Source: Octopus bimaculoides (lineage: Eukaryota). From it: 64,000 bases of DNA. The position numbers and the translations under genes were made by a program. The notes beneath the pieces are model-generated. The model did not search any database, was not told the DNA's origin, and saw only the letters and a program-made list of their open reading frames with translations. Location of the stretch: NCBI RefSeq assembly GCF_001194135.2, contig NC_068984.1, forward strand, positions 37,689,607-37,753,606. Direction: 5' to 3'. Shown one piece after another: positions 37,118 through 51,149 of this stretch. Positions within the stretch are counted from its first letter, which is position 1. Each line of letters begins with the position of its first letter.

Positions 37118-38724
37118 CTTTTCTACTACAGGCACAAGGCCTGAAATTTGTAGATCACAACAACCTCAATACTTGACTGGTGCTTAATTTATCGACCCCA
37201 CAAAAAGGATGAAAGACAAAGTCGACTTCGGTGGAATTTGAACTCAAAATACTGCTAAGCATTTCGTCCAGCGTGCTAACGATTCTGCCAACTCACCGCC
37301 ATCTAATAATAATAATAATAATAATAATCCTTTCTACTATAGGCACAAGGCCTGAAATTTTGAGGGAGGGGACTAGTCGATTACATCGATCCCTGTGTTT
37401 CACTGGTACTTAATTTATCGACTCCAAAAGGATGAAAGGTGAAGTTAAATTTGTGGAATTTGAACTCAGAACGTAGCGACGGGCGAAATACCGCTAAGCA
37501 TTTCGTCCAGCGTGCTAATGATTCCGCTTTAATATTAATAATAATAATTTTTTTATTAGCTACAGAGGCAAGCATACCATTACCACTGCTACCGCCACCA
37601 CCACTAACTACTCCACTACAGGCTACTACTACTGCTAGTCGTGACTATTCTGTCATTTTATAGATCAGGAACTACATTGTCCAATGTGGCCTTCTTTTTT
37701 TTTTTAATCGGTAGGATGTGATTTAGGAAAAATTTGGCTGTTATTTCTAGCAGGTCCAGTAACTGTGCAGAAGCTCTTTCGTTGGTTCGTTTAGTTAGTT
37801 GTTAGGCATATAGCGGGCAGATGTCCCTAGAATAAATAGTAAGTTTTTTTCCCCACCTCCAAAAAAAAACCCAGAGAATTTATTTTCCCTGTCTAATACG
37901 AATGCATCACCCGCCAATATCAAGAATACGGCTGGTTCTGTATACAGTTTGGGTTGAATCGGTCGTTGATATTGGCTGGGGCATCTTACAAAGCAGGATA
38001 CGAACTGCTAACATCTTTGCTAGCTTTGTGTCTCGCAACAAATATACCAGGTTCTCTAGATATCAATATAGATGGACTCTCTCGTCGAAGACGTGTGAAT
38101 TCTTCCTTTTTAAATCGATCCCAGGACTTATTCTTGTAAGCCTAGTACTTATTCTATCGGACTATCTTGCCGGACTGCTAAGTGACGAGGACGTAAACAC
38201 ACCAGCATCGGTTGTCAAGCGATGTAGGGGGGACAAATACAGACACACAAACATATACATACACACACATATATATATAAATATATACGACGAGCTTCTT
38301 TCAGTTTCCGTCTACCAAATCCACTCACAAGGCTTTGGCCGGCTCGAGGCTATAGTAGAAGACACGCACCTATGGTGCCACGCAGTGGAACTGAGCCCGG
38401 AACCATGTGGTTGGTAAGCAAGCTACTTACCACACAGCCACTCCTGCGCCTATATGTTCAGCTTCTACCGAACAACCTACACAAATGATTTGTTTATAGT
38501 GATCAAATATTCGTGCTCACCCATTCCATCAAATTGAAGTTGTCTGAACAGATGCACGATGCGTCACGCGTCAGGTATTGAAGTGATAGCAGAGCAACGC
38601 GAGATGAAGTGTTTTGCTCAAGAACACAACGCACTAACTTGTCTAGGAACTGAAACCACGATTTCGCGATCGTGTGTACAACACCCTAACCACTAGGCCA
38701 TGCGTCCTCATTAACCTGTATAGC

Positions 38725-39260
38725 TCTATACCTCGATACTAATATATCTCGATACCGTTATGCTTATATACATGGATATCAATATACCTAGATACCATGA
38801 TACCTATATACCTAGATATCAATATACTAATATACCTGGGAACCAATATACCTAGATACGAACATACTTATATACAGCAAGATACGTATATATATATCAA
38901 CCTACCATTTACCTAGAGCCCAATATACTTAAAAACCAATATTAGCTACATATCAATATACTTTGGTACCAATATTAATAATATACCAATATAATTAGAT
39001 ATCAATATTGACATATCTAGATATCAATATATAAATTTACTGATATATATCAAAATATGAAGAACCCAAAATGTCTAAGTATGAAGATATCTAGTTATCA
39101 ACATACCTAGATACTCAGATACATAAATACCAAAGTACCTGAGATATCAAGAAATCTAGATATCTACAAGCTTAGATATCAATATACTTATATATCTTGA
39201 TACCAGAATATCAATATACTTATACACCTATAATGTTATACCAAGATATCAAGATACTTT
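38725..39260. repeat. Decayed minisatellite, unit about 16 bp (ATATACCTAGATATCA)
   Basis: ATATACCTAGATA(T/C)CA variants recur across about 530 bp. Confidence 0.8.
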
Positions 39261-39563
39261 TATGTAAGCATTACTCGCATTACGGAAACGTTGTGTTTCT
39301 GAAAATCTTGCTGTAACGAAGGATTCGTATTACGAAATGTATTCCCCATTGACTTCCATGAGCTTACACGTAACATGAAAGTCAATGAACAGAAGATTTC
39401 TAGTTAAAAAAAACTCCGCATTACTTCCATACGCGAATTTTTCGTAACGCGTGTAATGTCTGTATCTAGACGCCAATACATCGATATACCTAAATACCAT
39501 TTTCCCAGCAAGTATACATTCATTATTTCTAGTTAGAGAATTCTAAAATGAGAAAGATAAGTG

Positions 39564-39598
<35 letters not shown>

Positions 39599-42500
39599 NN
39601 NNNNNNNNNNNNNNNNNNNNNNNNNNNNNNNNNNNNNNNNNNNNNNNNNNNNNNNNNNNNNNNNNNNNNNNNNNNNNNNNNNNNNNNNNNNNNNNNNNNN
39701 NAGACTGCTTGTTTTAACTTCCTGGATTTTGTGTAACTCATTTTTACCTATGAATCGCAGTGAGAGACGGGTGACTCGGAGTGGTCACTCGATTGCTAGA
39801 AATAGCAGCCAAATCTCTCTTAAATCACACCGCAGCATTTTAAAAGACGAAGAATTAATTAAATAATATATAGTCCTTTATTGCCCACAGGAGGCTAAAC
39901 ATAGAGGAGGGAAAAAAAGGACAAAGGGATTAAGTCGATAATTCGACTCGAGTGCATAATTGGTATTTATTGAATCGACCCCGAAAGGATGAAAGACAAA
40001 GTCGACCTTGGCGGAATTTGAACTCGCCCGGCGTGCTAACGATTCTGCCAGCTCGCCGCCCTATGAATTAAATTATATAGCCTTGGATATGTTGTACTTG
40101 GGGAAATGATAGATTGGTCTCGGTTGGAAGGCCTTCAAAGAAAGTCCTACTGTCTGGTCAAAGTCGATGTGGCCACTTCTGTTTACAAAAATACAAGTTA
40201 TGATTTATTCTATTTATTTACTTGATCTATTTAAACGCCCGGATAAAGTTAGAAGAATAAACAACTACAAAATCCCAAAAACTAAAAGAGAAAAAGAAGC
40301 GAGAAAGAAGTACAGATGAATAAGTGAAATGTTCCTGTTTGTATAGTCTCTATGAATTGAAAGATCTTATTTATTATAGGTGGATCTCTAAAGAATAACC
40401 TGCAACACCAGCCTTGGTAGCCTTTTTAAGCCATTTTTAAAATGTCCGCTCTCTTAGACTGATAAGACTGGTGAATTTTTTTTACATAGGAAGAAATAAT
40501 GTAAGGTTTTGTCCATAAGAACCTTATAAAATAATATTTTAAGTAGAGTTACTTCCCTTACACGCTTTTGCTTTCGTTCCATTTTCAAATCACTTAACAC
40601 AAATAAACCGTTGAGCTGGCACACTCGGTAGCATGTCAGGAAAATGCTTGGTGACATTTCTTGCGGCTCTTCCCGTTGTGAGTTCAAATTCTGCCGAGGT
40701 CGACTTTGCTTTTCACCTTTTTGGGGTAGATGAAACAATACCAGTCAAGTATTAGAGTCGATGCAATCAACTGACCCTTTCCCCTCAAAATTGCTGACTT
40801 GGTACCAAAATTAGAAATGCTTAACACGAATATATACTCCTCTGGATTTTATTACTTAACGTAAGGATTTCAAATTACACTGAGTTTGATATTTCTTTTC
40901 ATTTCTCCAGGATTTGTATACTAGAACACCAACACTTGCGTTACGAAAGTGCCACATTCTTAAAAAATACAGCCGTAATGTGGAATTTTTTAGAACATAT
41001 TTCTCATAACCTCTACGTAACACCGAAGACAATGAACATGTGCTTCGTGTTACGGAAATCCACATTACAACAATATTTTCTACAATGCAGGGACGTTGTT
41101 ATCTTTTTTCTTCTTATATATAAGGGTTATTATATACCTTTTTTTTTTTTGTCATAGTTTGCCAGTGTTACATGGGCGCTGAAATTAATTTAATAGATAA
41201 TAAATAGTTACCAGGCAACTACATCCCTCGCCTACAACAATTGGCTTTGTACATAAATATGAAATCATTTTTTACTGGGCCCAGAGAGGGAACCTCTAAG
41301 TGCTCGTTCAACCAGCAAGAAATAGCATCCGAATACCTTCAAATCACACTCTTAACAAAAAGGAAAAAAAACATTGAAAAAAATATTGTCATCGATATAC
41401 GAAATTACGGTATGGTCGTTGCTGGAACGCTTTTAGTCATACATCTCTTTAATCTTCTAGAGCTAAACAACAACAACAATGAATCAGTATTTATAACAAA
41501 ATGTTAGAACAGAGACCGAATTGTTTTGCAGCATTTAATTTCGTTTCCAGTTTCGGTTTTGCTGGTCATTTCTTCTGGGGTGACAAAAAGCAGTAGTAAT
41601 ATATTCGTATCGAATCAGTCAGTTGTATCATTCTCTTAAAGCAACCCTTGTGCCTAAAGACAGAATCGATTATTACAAAACTGACGCCATTTGCCCAAAT
41701 GCTATGAGTGATGGCGGCGATCGGGTATTGAACAAGTCATTGGTCGGTAGGGCATGTTCTGTGACCAGCGCTACGCTAATGTTATCTTTAGTCAAGGCAC
41801 CGAACTCTAAACAGACCAAATTTACTCAATTACCTGTAATTTACCGATAGACCAGCATTTTACATCTGCTTAAACACAACAGAAAGCAATGTTCTATATT
41901 AGCTTTATGGATGCTTATCGTTCAGAAAAGATTAAAATTTTTTATAAGAATAATATTTATATAAATACCAGTAATCTAAGGCAGCGAGCTAGCACAATCG
42001 TTAGCACGTAAAACAAAATGCTTAGCAACATTTCGTCCGTCTTTACATACTGAGCTCAAATTCCGCCGAGGTCGACTTTGTCTTTCATCCTTTCGGGGTC
42101 GATAAAATAACTACCAGTTAATCACTGGGGTTCGATGTAATCGACTTATCCCTCCTCCAAACTTGCTGGCCTGATGCACATTTGGAATGAACGTAAGTAC
42201 CAGTAATAAATTGATTTCAAAGTTAGGCACAAGGTCAACAGTTTCGGATGAGGGAGTTAGGTCGATTACATCGACCCCAGTGCTCAACTGGTAATTATTT
42301 TATCGACCAAGAAAGGATGAAAGGCAGAGCGCTAACGATTCTGCCAGCTCGCCGCCCTAAGTACCAGTAATATATTAAGATCGATCCAGTTGACGTTATC
42401 CTTCCTATTAAATAGACCTTTTATCTAAAGATGAAATCAATCATTACAAATCTCATAGATCAGTCGAATGCTACAGACGTTAATCAACTTGGTGATTCGT

Positions 42501-44031
42501 AAGAATGCAAAGCGACGATTAAAACCAAATTTATCCTCTTACTCCCACTCCTGTCTTTCTCTCTAATTATTAATAATGAATAAAACAATACAACTTTAAA
42601 GTAGTCACTCATATTATTTTTAAAATTTTCCATAATCCCAAAAGAATATAAATAAGAATCAATATTGCACCGAATCACTCACTAACCGAGAGAGACAGAC
42701 AGACCTTTAATTGACATTACATTTTGTTTGGCTTCAATACAGTTAGCTGTTGAATAATCCAACAGAGTTAAATGTAAATAGGTACCACCGGTGAGGGGTA
42801 GTTCGAGTCCGTAAGAAATGTAAAATGTGACTCGTATTTCTTTGGTGTGCTGGGTTAAGATTTTGTCTTTTGGTTAGACATAAAGCTAATCGCTTCAATT
42901 ATGTTTTTCATGTTATTAAGTAAATATATGAGTGCCAATTTTCTTCTATAATTAAAAAATAGTTGACGCCTTCCAATCTCTGAACATCAGTTTATTTCAT
43001 TTTTTTTGTTTTTCGTTTTGTTTTTCTTTTTGTCTTTTGCTTCTTTGTTTGGTTTGGGGGATTTTTTTTTCCTTTTTGTACTCAATATTTCTAATTGAGT
43101 ATTCTCCAATTACTTCTGTAATTGTACCTTACTTAGTGTTACGTTAAACTATGTGCATACTGAATTGTTGCAGCGGGGAACGGCTCTGTAGGCCCGATGT
43201 TAATGTATGTCTACAGTGACTGGGTAAATAGGAGTCCCAGTGCAATACTTTACCCGAAGACTTATAATCATGTTTAGGTGACCTTGACCTTACATATTCT
43301 CTAGCTGACTTAGAGCATTCATTTCTAAGTTAATTTGATGTAAATAAACTTGAGTGAAAAAAATATAAATATAGGAAATATTTTCCGGGTATTTCATTTC
43401 ATTTTCCCCCCTCCCAGTAAAACCAATAAATTCTTTTTTTTTTCTTTTTTTCTTTTTTGTCATTGATTCAAAGCACTCCAGTCGACCAATTCAAATTGTA
43501 TTCTTTGCTACCTGGACTAAACCAACATATCTCTAAGTTATTCTCCTACAAGGATTTGAACTCAATGGTCCCAAATCCAATTACACTCTCTTGCCTTTTC
43601 TTCGAACTGTAATACAGGATATATATATATATATATATATAATAACTGGTTCGTCAAGTGAGTCAAAAAAGATTAAGTATCTTAGGCAGTGAAATATCAC
43701 CATAAATAAAATATGAATGAATGGTGTTGGCTTTGTGGTCGACTCAACCAAGTGTGATTTTCAGGAATGAGCAATAAATGCTATAACATTTTGTTAGAGA
43801 TCCTAGGCAGAAATTGAATTAGCAAGGGTATTTAAATCACTTTCCATCATAATTTCTTTGAAAACTATATCAACCTACGCGCACGTCCAAGACATTTTAT
43901 TTGGTCGTAAAGTTATGGAAGATCGACCTCGGAATTATGAAATGCATTGCAGCTCTGGCAGTACTTGATCTTATAAAACAAAATATTATAACTATGAAAT
44001 AAAGAACCCGGTGCTCTGCGTTTTCTAAATA

Positions 44032-44913
44032 CAGTAATCACTCGCCATATCACGCCTCAGTACATCGCGGATTTTTCAAGCTAATATATGTAAATTCAAA
44101 TCGTGGACTCCTCAGTATATCGCAGGTTTCTGCGGCCAATAGGTATTCATATTTTTTTTAGATATTATTTCTGTGGTAAAAAAAAAAAAAGCATTTTCAC
44201 GCCTAAAAATAAATTAATAAATAAAAATACAGTACAGTACTGCACTGAATAACACATTAATTAAAATATATTAAAAGAAAATACGTAATGTACAGTAGAT
44301 GAATGAACAAAGAATCGCACATACTGCATGGAAAACGAAACTCGGGAGGCGAGTGTGTGGTGTTGTTTTGCATTTGTGTGCAAAATTGTGAATTTATTTG
44401 AAGCCCTACGATGTCGCCCAAGCATTCTGCACCTTCTAAGGTTTCTGACAGTGAACCCAAGCGCCAGAGGAAGACGCTTACTATAGCAGAGGAGGTGAGA
44501 CTCCTCGACTTGCTTAGGGAAGAGAGAAGGTATGCAGATGTATGCCGGCAAAAGAACTTCAGAGAATGGCGAAAGATTGGGACACCCAGATGATTCGTGT
44601 GTTGCAATTCAGAAATGTAATCGACGAAGCCATGGGAGTTTATAAAAACCTCCTTACACAGAAGAAAAGGCAGCGCTAGCAACTGCCCATCACTATGTTC
44701 CTTACCCGCAAAAAAAAAAAAGACACGGGTACTCCTAAGAGTTTGGGGAGAGTTTATAAAAGCTTAAATATGTAAAAATAATAAAATGAATATATACAAA
44801 TTATGAAAATAATTTTAAAAAATATACAGTACAGTGCTGTTTCTACTTTGCGGATTTTCACCTATCGCGTGGAGTTTGGGAATGGAATACCCGCGATAGT
44901 CGAGAGACTACTG
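44032..44913 (+). mobile_element. Internally deleted Tigger/pogo-like DNA transposon with TA TSD
   Basis: TA|CAGTAATCACTCG ... CGAGAGACTACTG|TA ends. The N-terminal peptide MSPKHSAPSKVSDSEPKRQRKTLTIAEEVRLLDLL (CENP-B-type HTH start) is joined to the C-terminal QFRNVIDEAMGVYKNLLTQKKRQR*QLPITMFL. Confidence 0.85.
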
Positions 44914-45693
44914 TACACCTGAAGATTAACGAATATGGTTATGAGATAAATTCCCACACTCAAATATCCGAATAAACTGTGTATTTGACAACCAGTTAGT
45001 ATGTTCATTTAACTGTTATAAATGCAGATAATGAAGGAATCCTATTTGGAACAGACGAATAGAACATACAGAAAAGAAAATCTATGCTTTTTTGACGTTA
45101 TGTAACTAGATTTTTAAATAGGCAAAGACGAAGTCAAGGGAGACTACTTTTAAATGTTAAAGTAGCCTCCCTTGAAAGAAATATTATGGTGAGTAAGCAA
45201 CTATAAATTATTTTGAACTTCTTGAGAATTTATATTAAACCAACTTTGCAGACAGAGAGTGTGGGACAGACTATTGTCTGCATATTAACATATTAGTGAA
45301 CAATTCCAGACAAATTTAAAGATAGTAGGTAGTGAACTGGCACAAATGTGTGTCGGTCACAGCACCTGCGATATTCAGTTACGGCCCTTTAATTCTCCCA
45401 CAGAAATCAACTTTACTTTTCAGCCCTTTAGACATCAATAAAATAAAGTATTAGCCTTCATCGACTGGGATCGATTCCTAAAATACATCGAAGGCGAGAA
45501 CAGAATTATAACACAAGATAAGACAAAATTTAAGTCACTTCGATTGGTTGTTTTAATTTTGAATACGAATTAATTTTATCGAAAATCTCAGTTATAAAAA
45601 TAATTCTTTTCTTGAATAGTTTGTAAATTTTGTTCTAATCAGTGGTTTTTATTTGTCTTGTGGATTTTTATGGTTGGGGGCTGTTAATTACAA

Positions 45694-45694
<1 letters not shown>

Positions 45695-45778
<84 letters not shown>
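45695..45778. repeat. (TG)n microsatellite ending in (CG)4
   Basis: Read directly from the sequence. Confidence 0.98.
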
Positions 45779-45779
<1 letters not shown>

Positions 45780-46389
45780 TTTGTTTTGGGGGTTTTATAG
45801 ACCATATCTCAAATGGAAGTTTTCGTTTTGTTTTATTTTATTTTCGTTTTCTGTCTGCATTGCATAAGTGACTAAACTAACACCCAACCGGGCCAACATG
45901 ATACAGGCAACCCTAGTGTATTTGTACAACTAACTAGCAGTAGCACACAGGGACAGATAAATACTTTAGGTAATGGACGAGATTGTTATAAGATCACTTT
46001 GGTAGTTGCGGACCCCTGGTTCTTGAAGGTATCTTTCAATAAGAGGCTTATGTAAAACCTGGGGAATCATTCAATTTCTGGTTTTCCCAGCCAATGCTGG
46101 GCCATATCTGATTGGCTGAAATTCAAAAATATTTCAATTCTTAAAGTTTCGTAGTTACTTTATTCTTAATTTCTCCAAAGAGTTTGCTATCTTTAAGTTC
46201 AAATACTTATATCTGCGGGACTGCTAAGAAAATACAAAAATAAACTTGAATATTCTAACTAAGCGAAACGAATATGTAAATGCTCAAAAGTCATTCATTA
46301 ATTGAAAATATATTGATTTAATTTTCTCTTCGGTGAAATTTTTGAAATATATTTTTATAACTACTTAGGGGTCTTTCCATATTAATTAT

Positions 46390-46730
46390 TCGACTTGCCT
46401 CAGGGTTAGTCTTATTCCTGGTAGAGTATATATGGGTAGTAGGTTATTACCTGTAACCTTAGATATCGACATTATTTCTCTAAGCCATCAAATGTTCAAG
46501 TCCCTCCTGATTACCTTTCTTTTTCTTCAGAAGCAAACCTCCCGTAGAAGTTCTACAAGAGATTCCATTCCAATCTCCTTTCCCGACATGACCATTTCAA
46601 AATTCATAGTCTCTGGTGCACCAACTACTACAAATTTCATGTTCCAAATCTTCAGAATCTCAAATTTTAAGGGGTTGTATTTTTTCCACTGTTCATCTAC
46701 TTTCTTCGCAATCCTAAGTATCAAATGAGC
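46390..46730 (-). mobile_element. 3' end of an RLE-type (R4/Dong-like) non-LTR retrotransposon
   Basis: RIAKKVDEQWKKYNPLKFEILKIWNMKFVVVGAPET resembles the restriction-like endonuclease C-terminus (EK..KY..L..E...W......VVGA.G). Confidence 0.65.
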
Positions 46731-47400
46731 ATGATAGATCAGTTAACAAGCAAATTTGATTTTCTTTGTCTATCTCTGTAATTTTACTTCAAACTCCCCC
46801 CCCCCATTCCTATCATTATTGTTGTTATCGTTTTGGAGTTTGTTATTTTTTCTCGAAATCTTTCTTAAGATCCAACCAATTTGAAATGTCTTTTATAGAA
46901 GTGTGACAATATGATAATTATTTTTTGCAGATTATTTTATTAAGTTACTTTAAAACATCATCATTAAAGTTAAAAATAAAATAATAACAGATTATTTAAT
47001 AAGTGACTTTTAAATATTTACGTATTCGTTCCGCTTACTCTGAATACCCATGTCTATTTTTATATCAATCCTCGGATTGTTTGGTTTACTCGTTAGACCC
47101 GCAGCTATATGTACCTAAAACCAAATATAACCCGGCAAAATCTATGATTTTCATAATTAGCATTAAAAATTACATCTGTGTAAAAAAAATTTCAAAACAA
47201 TAGCACCGGGTATGTGAAACCGAAAAGACCTCATATAAGCTATATATTTATATATATAAATGCCTAAGCACACGCGTAAACAGTTGTCAAAACACGAGCG
47301 ACATAAATTTGTTACCTCCCTTTGAAATTCGTGTCATTTAGTAGCAAGTGAAATCCGCTAGAGGACTCTTGCGTCTTCCTCTTTTAATAATTTTCTGATC

Positions 47401-47511
47401 ATGGCAACTGGTAAATCTTTAAGAAAGGATCATAAATTATCAGAAAATTTGGCATTACTGCCATCTGAACAGAAAGAATTCGAAAAATTTGCTAATGTCG
47501 AGTCTTCTAAA
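47401..47511 (+). CDS. NIFK: NIFK (MKI67 FHA-interacting nucleolar phosphoprotein, Nop15-like) exon 1
   Basis: MATGKSLRKDHKLSENLALLPSEQKEFEKFANVESSK (37 codons), then a phase-0 donor AAA|GTAAGC. LALLPSEQKEF resembles the NIFK N-terminal motif. Confidence 0.8.
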
Positions 47512-48668
47512 GTAAGCCATTTTAATTAAATAATTATTTTATCGTAAATCTTTTGAATGTTTGACTGTCAGCACGTGGGGCACTGCCTACATAAACATAT
47601 TATTGTGTAATAAATTGTTCGTAGCAATTATCTATTAATGTTTTTTTGTTAATATTGTCTCTAAATGCTATTCTCTGTAAATCTTGCTTGTTTCATAATC
47701 TTCGAAATCAAAACCAGTAGAAATTACAAGTTTCCTTAATATTTTGCTTCCTTTCCTTTTACTGGAAAAGACGGTGTATGCTGAGTTTGTGATTAAAATC
47801 AACATTAAAGCAAATACTTGTCGAAGTGGAACAAGTTTTATCGAGTTGTGATAACCAAGTTGTTTATTAGTGGCTGGAATTTTTAAATTGTCGTGCTTTG
47901 ATATTTATTTTAACCTAGAGAAGTTTCTTATCCCCGCGAAAATTATGAACATAATGTAACAACTAAGGAACTTCGATGGACATAACTACATATTTCTGTC
48001 ACCCCCACCTATAACTTTCAGAAAAATGGATATTTTTTAATGAAATTTTCTACGAATATGTAACTAATGCAGTTTCACACCTCTCTTTGAAAAATGCATT
48101 CGGTTCCTTATGCATTTTTTTGAAAAGTTTTTTTTTCAGATTCCAACGTTTTAGATGTCGGAGATTACGAATGTACAAAAAAAAATTAATTCCACCAACA
48201 NNNNNNNNNNNNNNNNNNNNNNNNNNNNNNNNNNNNNNNNNNNNNNNNNNNNNNNNNNNNNNNNNNNNNNNNNNNNNNNNNNNNNNNNNNNNNNNNNNNN
48301 NNNNNNNNNNNNNNNNNNNNNNNNNNNNNNNNNNNNNNNNNNNNNNNNNNNNNNNNNNNNNNNNNNNNNNNNNNNNNNNNNNNNNNNNNNNNNNNNNNNN
48401 NNNNNNNNNNNNNNNNNNNNNNNNNNNNNNNNNNNNNNNNNNNNNNNNNNNNNNNNNNNNNNNNNNNNNNNNNNNNNNNNNNNNNNNNNNNNNNNNNNNN
48501 NNNNNNNNNNNNNNNNNNNNNNNNNNNNNNNNNNNNNNNNNNNNNNNNNNAAACGGAATCATGCTTATTATAGAGATTATGTAACAAGTTATACTTTACA
48601 CTTCTATATTTAACTGTGCACGTATATACTTTTTATCAAAATGTTATTGATTATATTTTTTCTAAAAG

Positions 48669-48791
48669 GTAACTAGGCGTGGTGTTGTTTATCTTGGTCA
48701 TATCCCCTATGGATTCTTTGAGAACCAAATGAGAGCGTATTTCAGTCAATTTGGCAAAGTGACTCGCCTTAGACTATCACGGAGTAAAAGA
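48669..48791 (+). CDS. NIFK: NIFK exon 2 (RRM, RNP2)
   Basis: Acceptor TTTTCTAAAAG|; [41 protein letters not shown]; donor AGA|GTAAGT; phase 0/0. Confidence 0.93.
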
Positions 48792-49636
48792 GTAAGTTTT
48801 TTTCCTTCTTGTTTTTTTTTGGGGGGGGGGTTCTTGTTTTTTTTTCATTTGATGGCTACGATTTCAATTCTTTAAGCAAGGTCCCTTCAATAGGCCTCAT
48901 ATTTTGAAATCAAAGAATAACAAAGTGAAATAAAGACTCCCTTACTGAATCCCATGTCAGTGCAGAGATTAGTGTGATCTAATCCTTTTCAGTTTAATAA
49001 ATTGAAAATTCTACCAAGTCTTGCATGTATTCCAAAATTTTTTCTTAAATACATGTAAGACTTTGGTAGAATATTAAATTTATTTAACTGAAAGGGATTG
49101 CACCAACTTTTGTATTAACATGCATTTCACTAAAAAAATTTATGTCTACATAATTGTACTTTCACTTAAAATATACTGGAGTAAATATTAAGAAGTCTGT
49201 GTTTGTACTCTCTAGTTTTGAACTTGTAACATACTATAAATTGTAAATTTTATCAGCTTTACTGATTCTGTAGTTCTTTCTATCAATATAAGTTAATATT
49301 AAGGCAGCAAGCTGACAGGGCTATTACTGCGCTGGACAAAATGCTTAGCAGCACTTCATCCATCTTTATGTTCTGAGTTTAAATGCCACCAAAGTTGACT
49401 TTGCCTTTTCATCTTTTTGAGGTCAATAAAATAAGTACTAGTTGATCACTGGGGGTCAATGCAATCAACTTACCCCTCCCTCTCCCCAAAATTTGCTAGT
49501 GTTGTACCAAAATTTGAAACCAATATAAGTTAATGTTAATTTTATGTTGAACATCATAGAGTAAAAGGTGCTTTCTCCTGAAACTCTCACTTCTACCCTA
49601 CTAATATTGAATCTAATTTCTCTCAATCAATTAATG

Positions 49637-49669
<33 letters not shown>

Positions 49670-49672
49670 CAG

Positions 49673-49781
49673 ACAGGAAAATCCAAAGGTTTTGCCTTCA
49701 TTGAATTCTTGAGTGGAGATGTGGCAAAAATTGTAGCTGAAACAATGAATAACTATTTGTTGTTTGAAAATTTACTAAAAT
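49673..49781 (+). CDS. NIFK: NIFK exon 3 (RRM, RNP1)
   Basis: Poly-T tract plus CAG|; [36 protein letters not shown]; donor T|GTTAGT, phase 1. Confidence 0.95.
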
Positions 49782-50213
49782 GTTAGTATCTACTTTACAA
49801 CAGTCTTTAAAAACATGTTTTATTTTCCTTGCTTTGATTTTGTAGTACTGAAAGTCTGATATTTTAAAATATGGGAGAAAATCAATAAAACTGGGCTTGA
49901 GTGGAGATGCCAAACAAGCTAGTCTCATAATGCCTAGGGCTTTTATATCATGGATTTCAAACTTTGCATTATGAAATACTTATTTTTATATAAAATTAAT
50001 ATAGAATAATCATTGTCATGGTAGACACAGGCATGGCTGTGTGGTTATTTCCAAATCACATAATTCTGGGTTCAGTCCCTCTGCATGACACCTTGGGCAA
50101 ATGTCTTCCACTATAGCCCTAGGGCTATAGTGGAAGACAAAAAAACCTTGCGAGTGGATTTGGTAGACAGAAACTGAAAGAAGCCTGTTTTATGTTATAT
50201 AATATATATTTTT

Positions 50214-50689
50214 TATTAATATTTAGCAGAAGTAACAGTGACTCGAGGTCCGAGAGTTTTGTACATTGGCACTTATCAAACTGGTTACAGGTCAAAGACT
50301 TGAGAGTTTATATAGCTGGTGATAAATGTATTTCCTTATGGATTGTTCTAGATCAAATTTTAAAATAATGTAATGTCACATGGATAATTCAAATAGTTTG
50401 CCTGTTATATCATTCAGTAAGCAAATATATGGATGAAACCTTGTGCATGTCATCACACACACACTGTTTCTTTACTTATTTGTGTATTTGCTTATTGAAC
50501 AAAATAACAGGCAAACTATGTGAATTATCCACATGACATTACGATTTTAAAATTTAGTCTAAAAAATCCAGAGGGAACTATATTTATCACCAGCTATATA
50601 AGCTCACAGGTCTTCGATCTGTAACTAGTTTGAGTGCCAGCACGCAAAACTCAGATCTTGGCTCACTCTATTTCTTATTAATATTAATA
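50214..50689. mobile_element. Palindromic MITE with inverted arms of about 210 bp, in NIFK intron 3
   Basis: The left arm (TATTAATATTTAGCAGAAG...TATATAGCTGGTGATAAAT...GGATAATTCA.ATAGTTTGCCTGTTAT) is matched by the reverse complement of about 50480-50689. Confidence 0.85.
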
Positions 50690-51149
50690 AAAATATACAT
50701 ACTCATATTTTGAGTTCTGCTTTTCCTGTTTACATCAACATATATTATATATAGAGAGGGTGGGATGTAAGGTGGTGACTCCTTGTCTTAGGATAGTTGT
50801 AAATGAGTGTCACCAGCATACAACAGTGTCCTCCATTTCCAATCTTTGATGAAAACATGCCTCGCCATACCTTACTTGGTGTTTTAAAGTTGAATGCCAT
50901 CTCCTTCCTTTTCACTGTGGTGGCAGATGTTCTTATAGTACCATCAGAACTAAAGATATTCTGTTACAAAACTTCTGTGTGTGTCTGTATATATCACCTT
51001 TTTTTCTATGTTGGGTTGGTATTTGAAGTGAGAATGAACAGAACCAACAATGTTGTCTCTTTCAACAGCATAAAGGCCCCATTACAACACATTTTTAGGA
51101 AACAGACAGGTGTCATTAATCAAATCCAATCTGTTGTGGCTGGGAGATA

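Noticed and set aside
1219-48613. Long ORFs in the track spanning N runs and (TG)n/(TA)n/(GA)n tracts (for example 10848-11678, 17903-18886, 48050-48613)
   Set aside because: They are open only because gaps and dinucleotide repeats contain no stop codons, so they carry no coding evidence.
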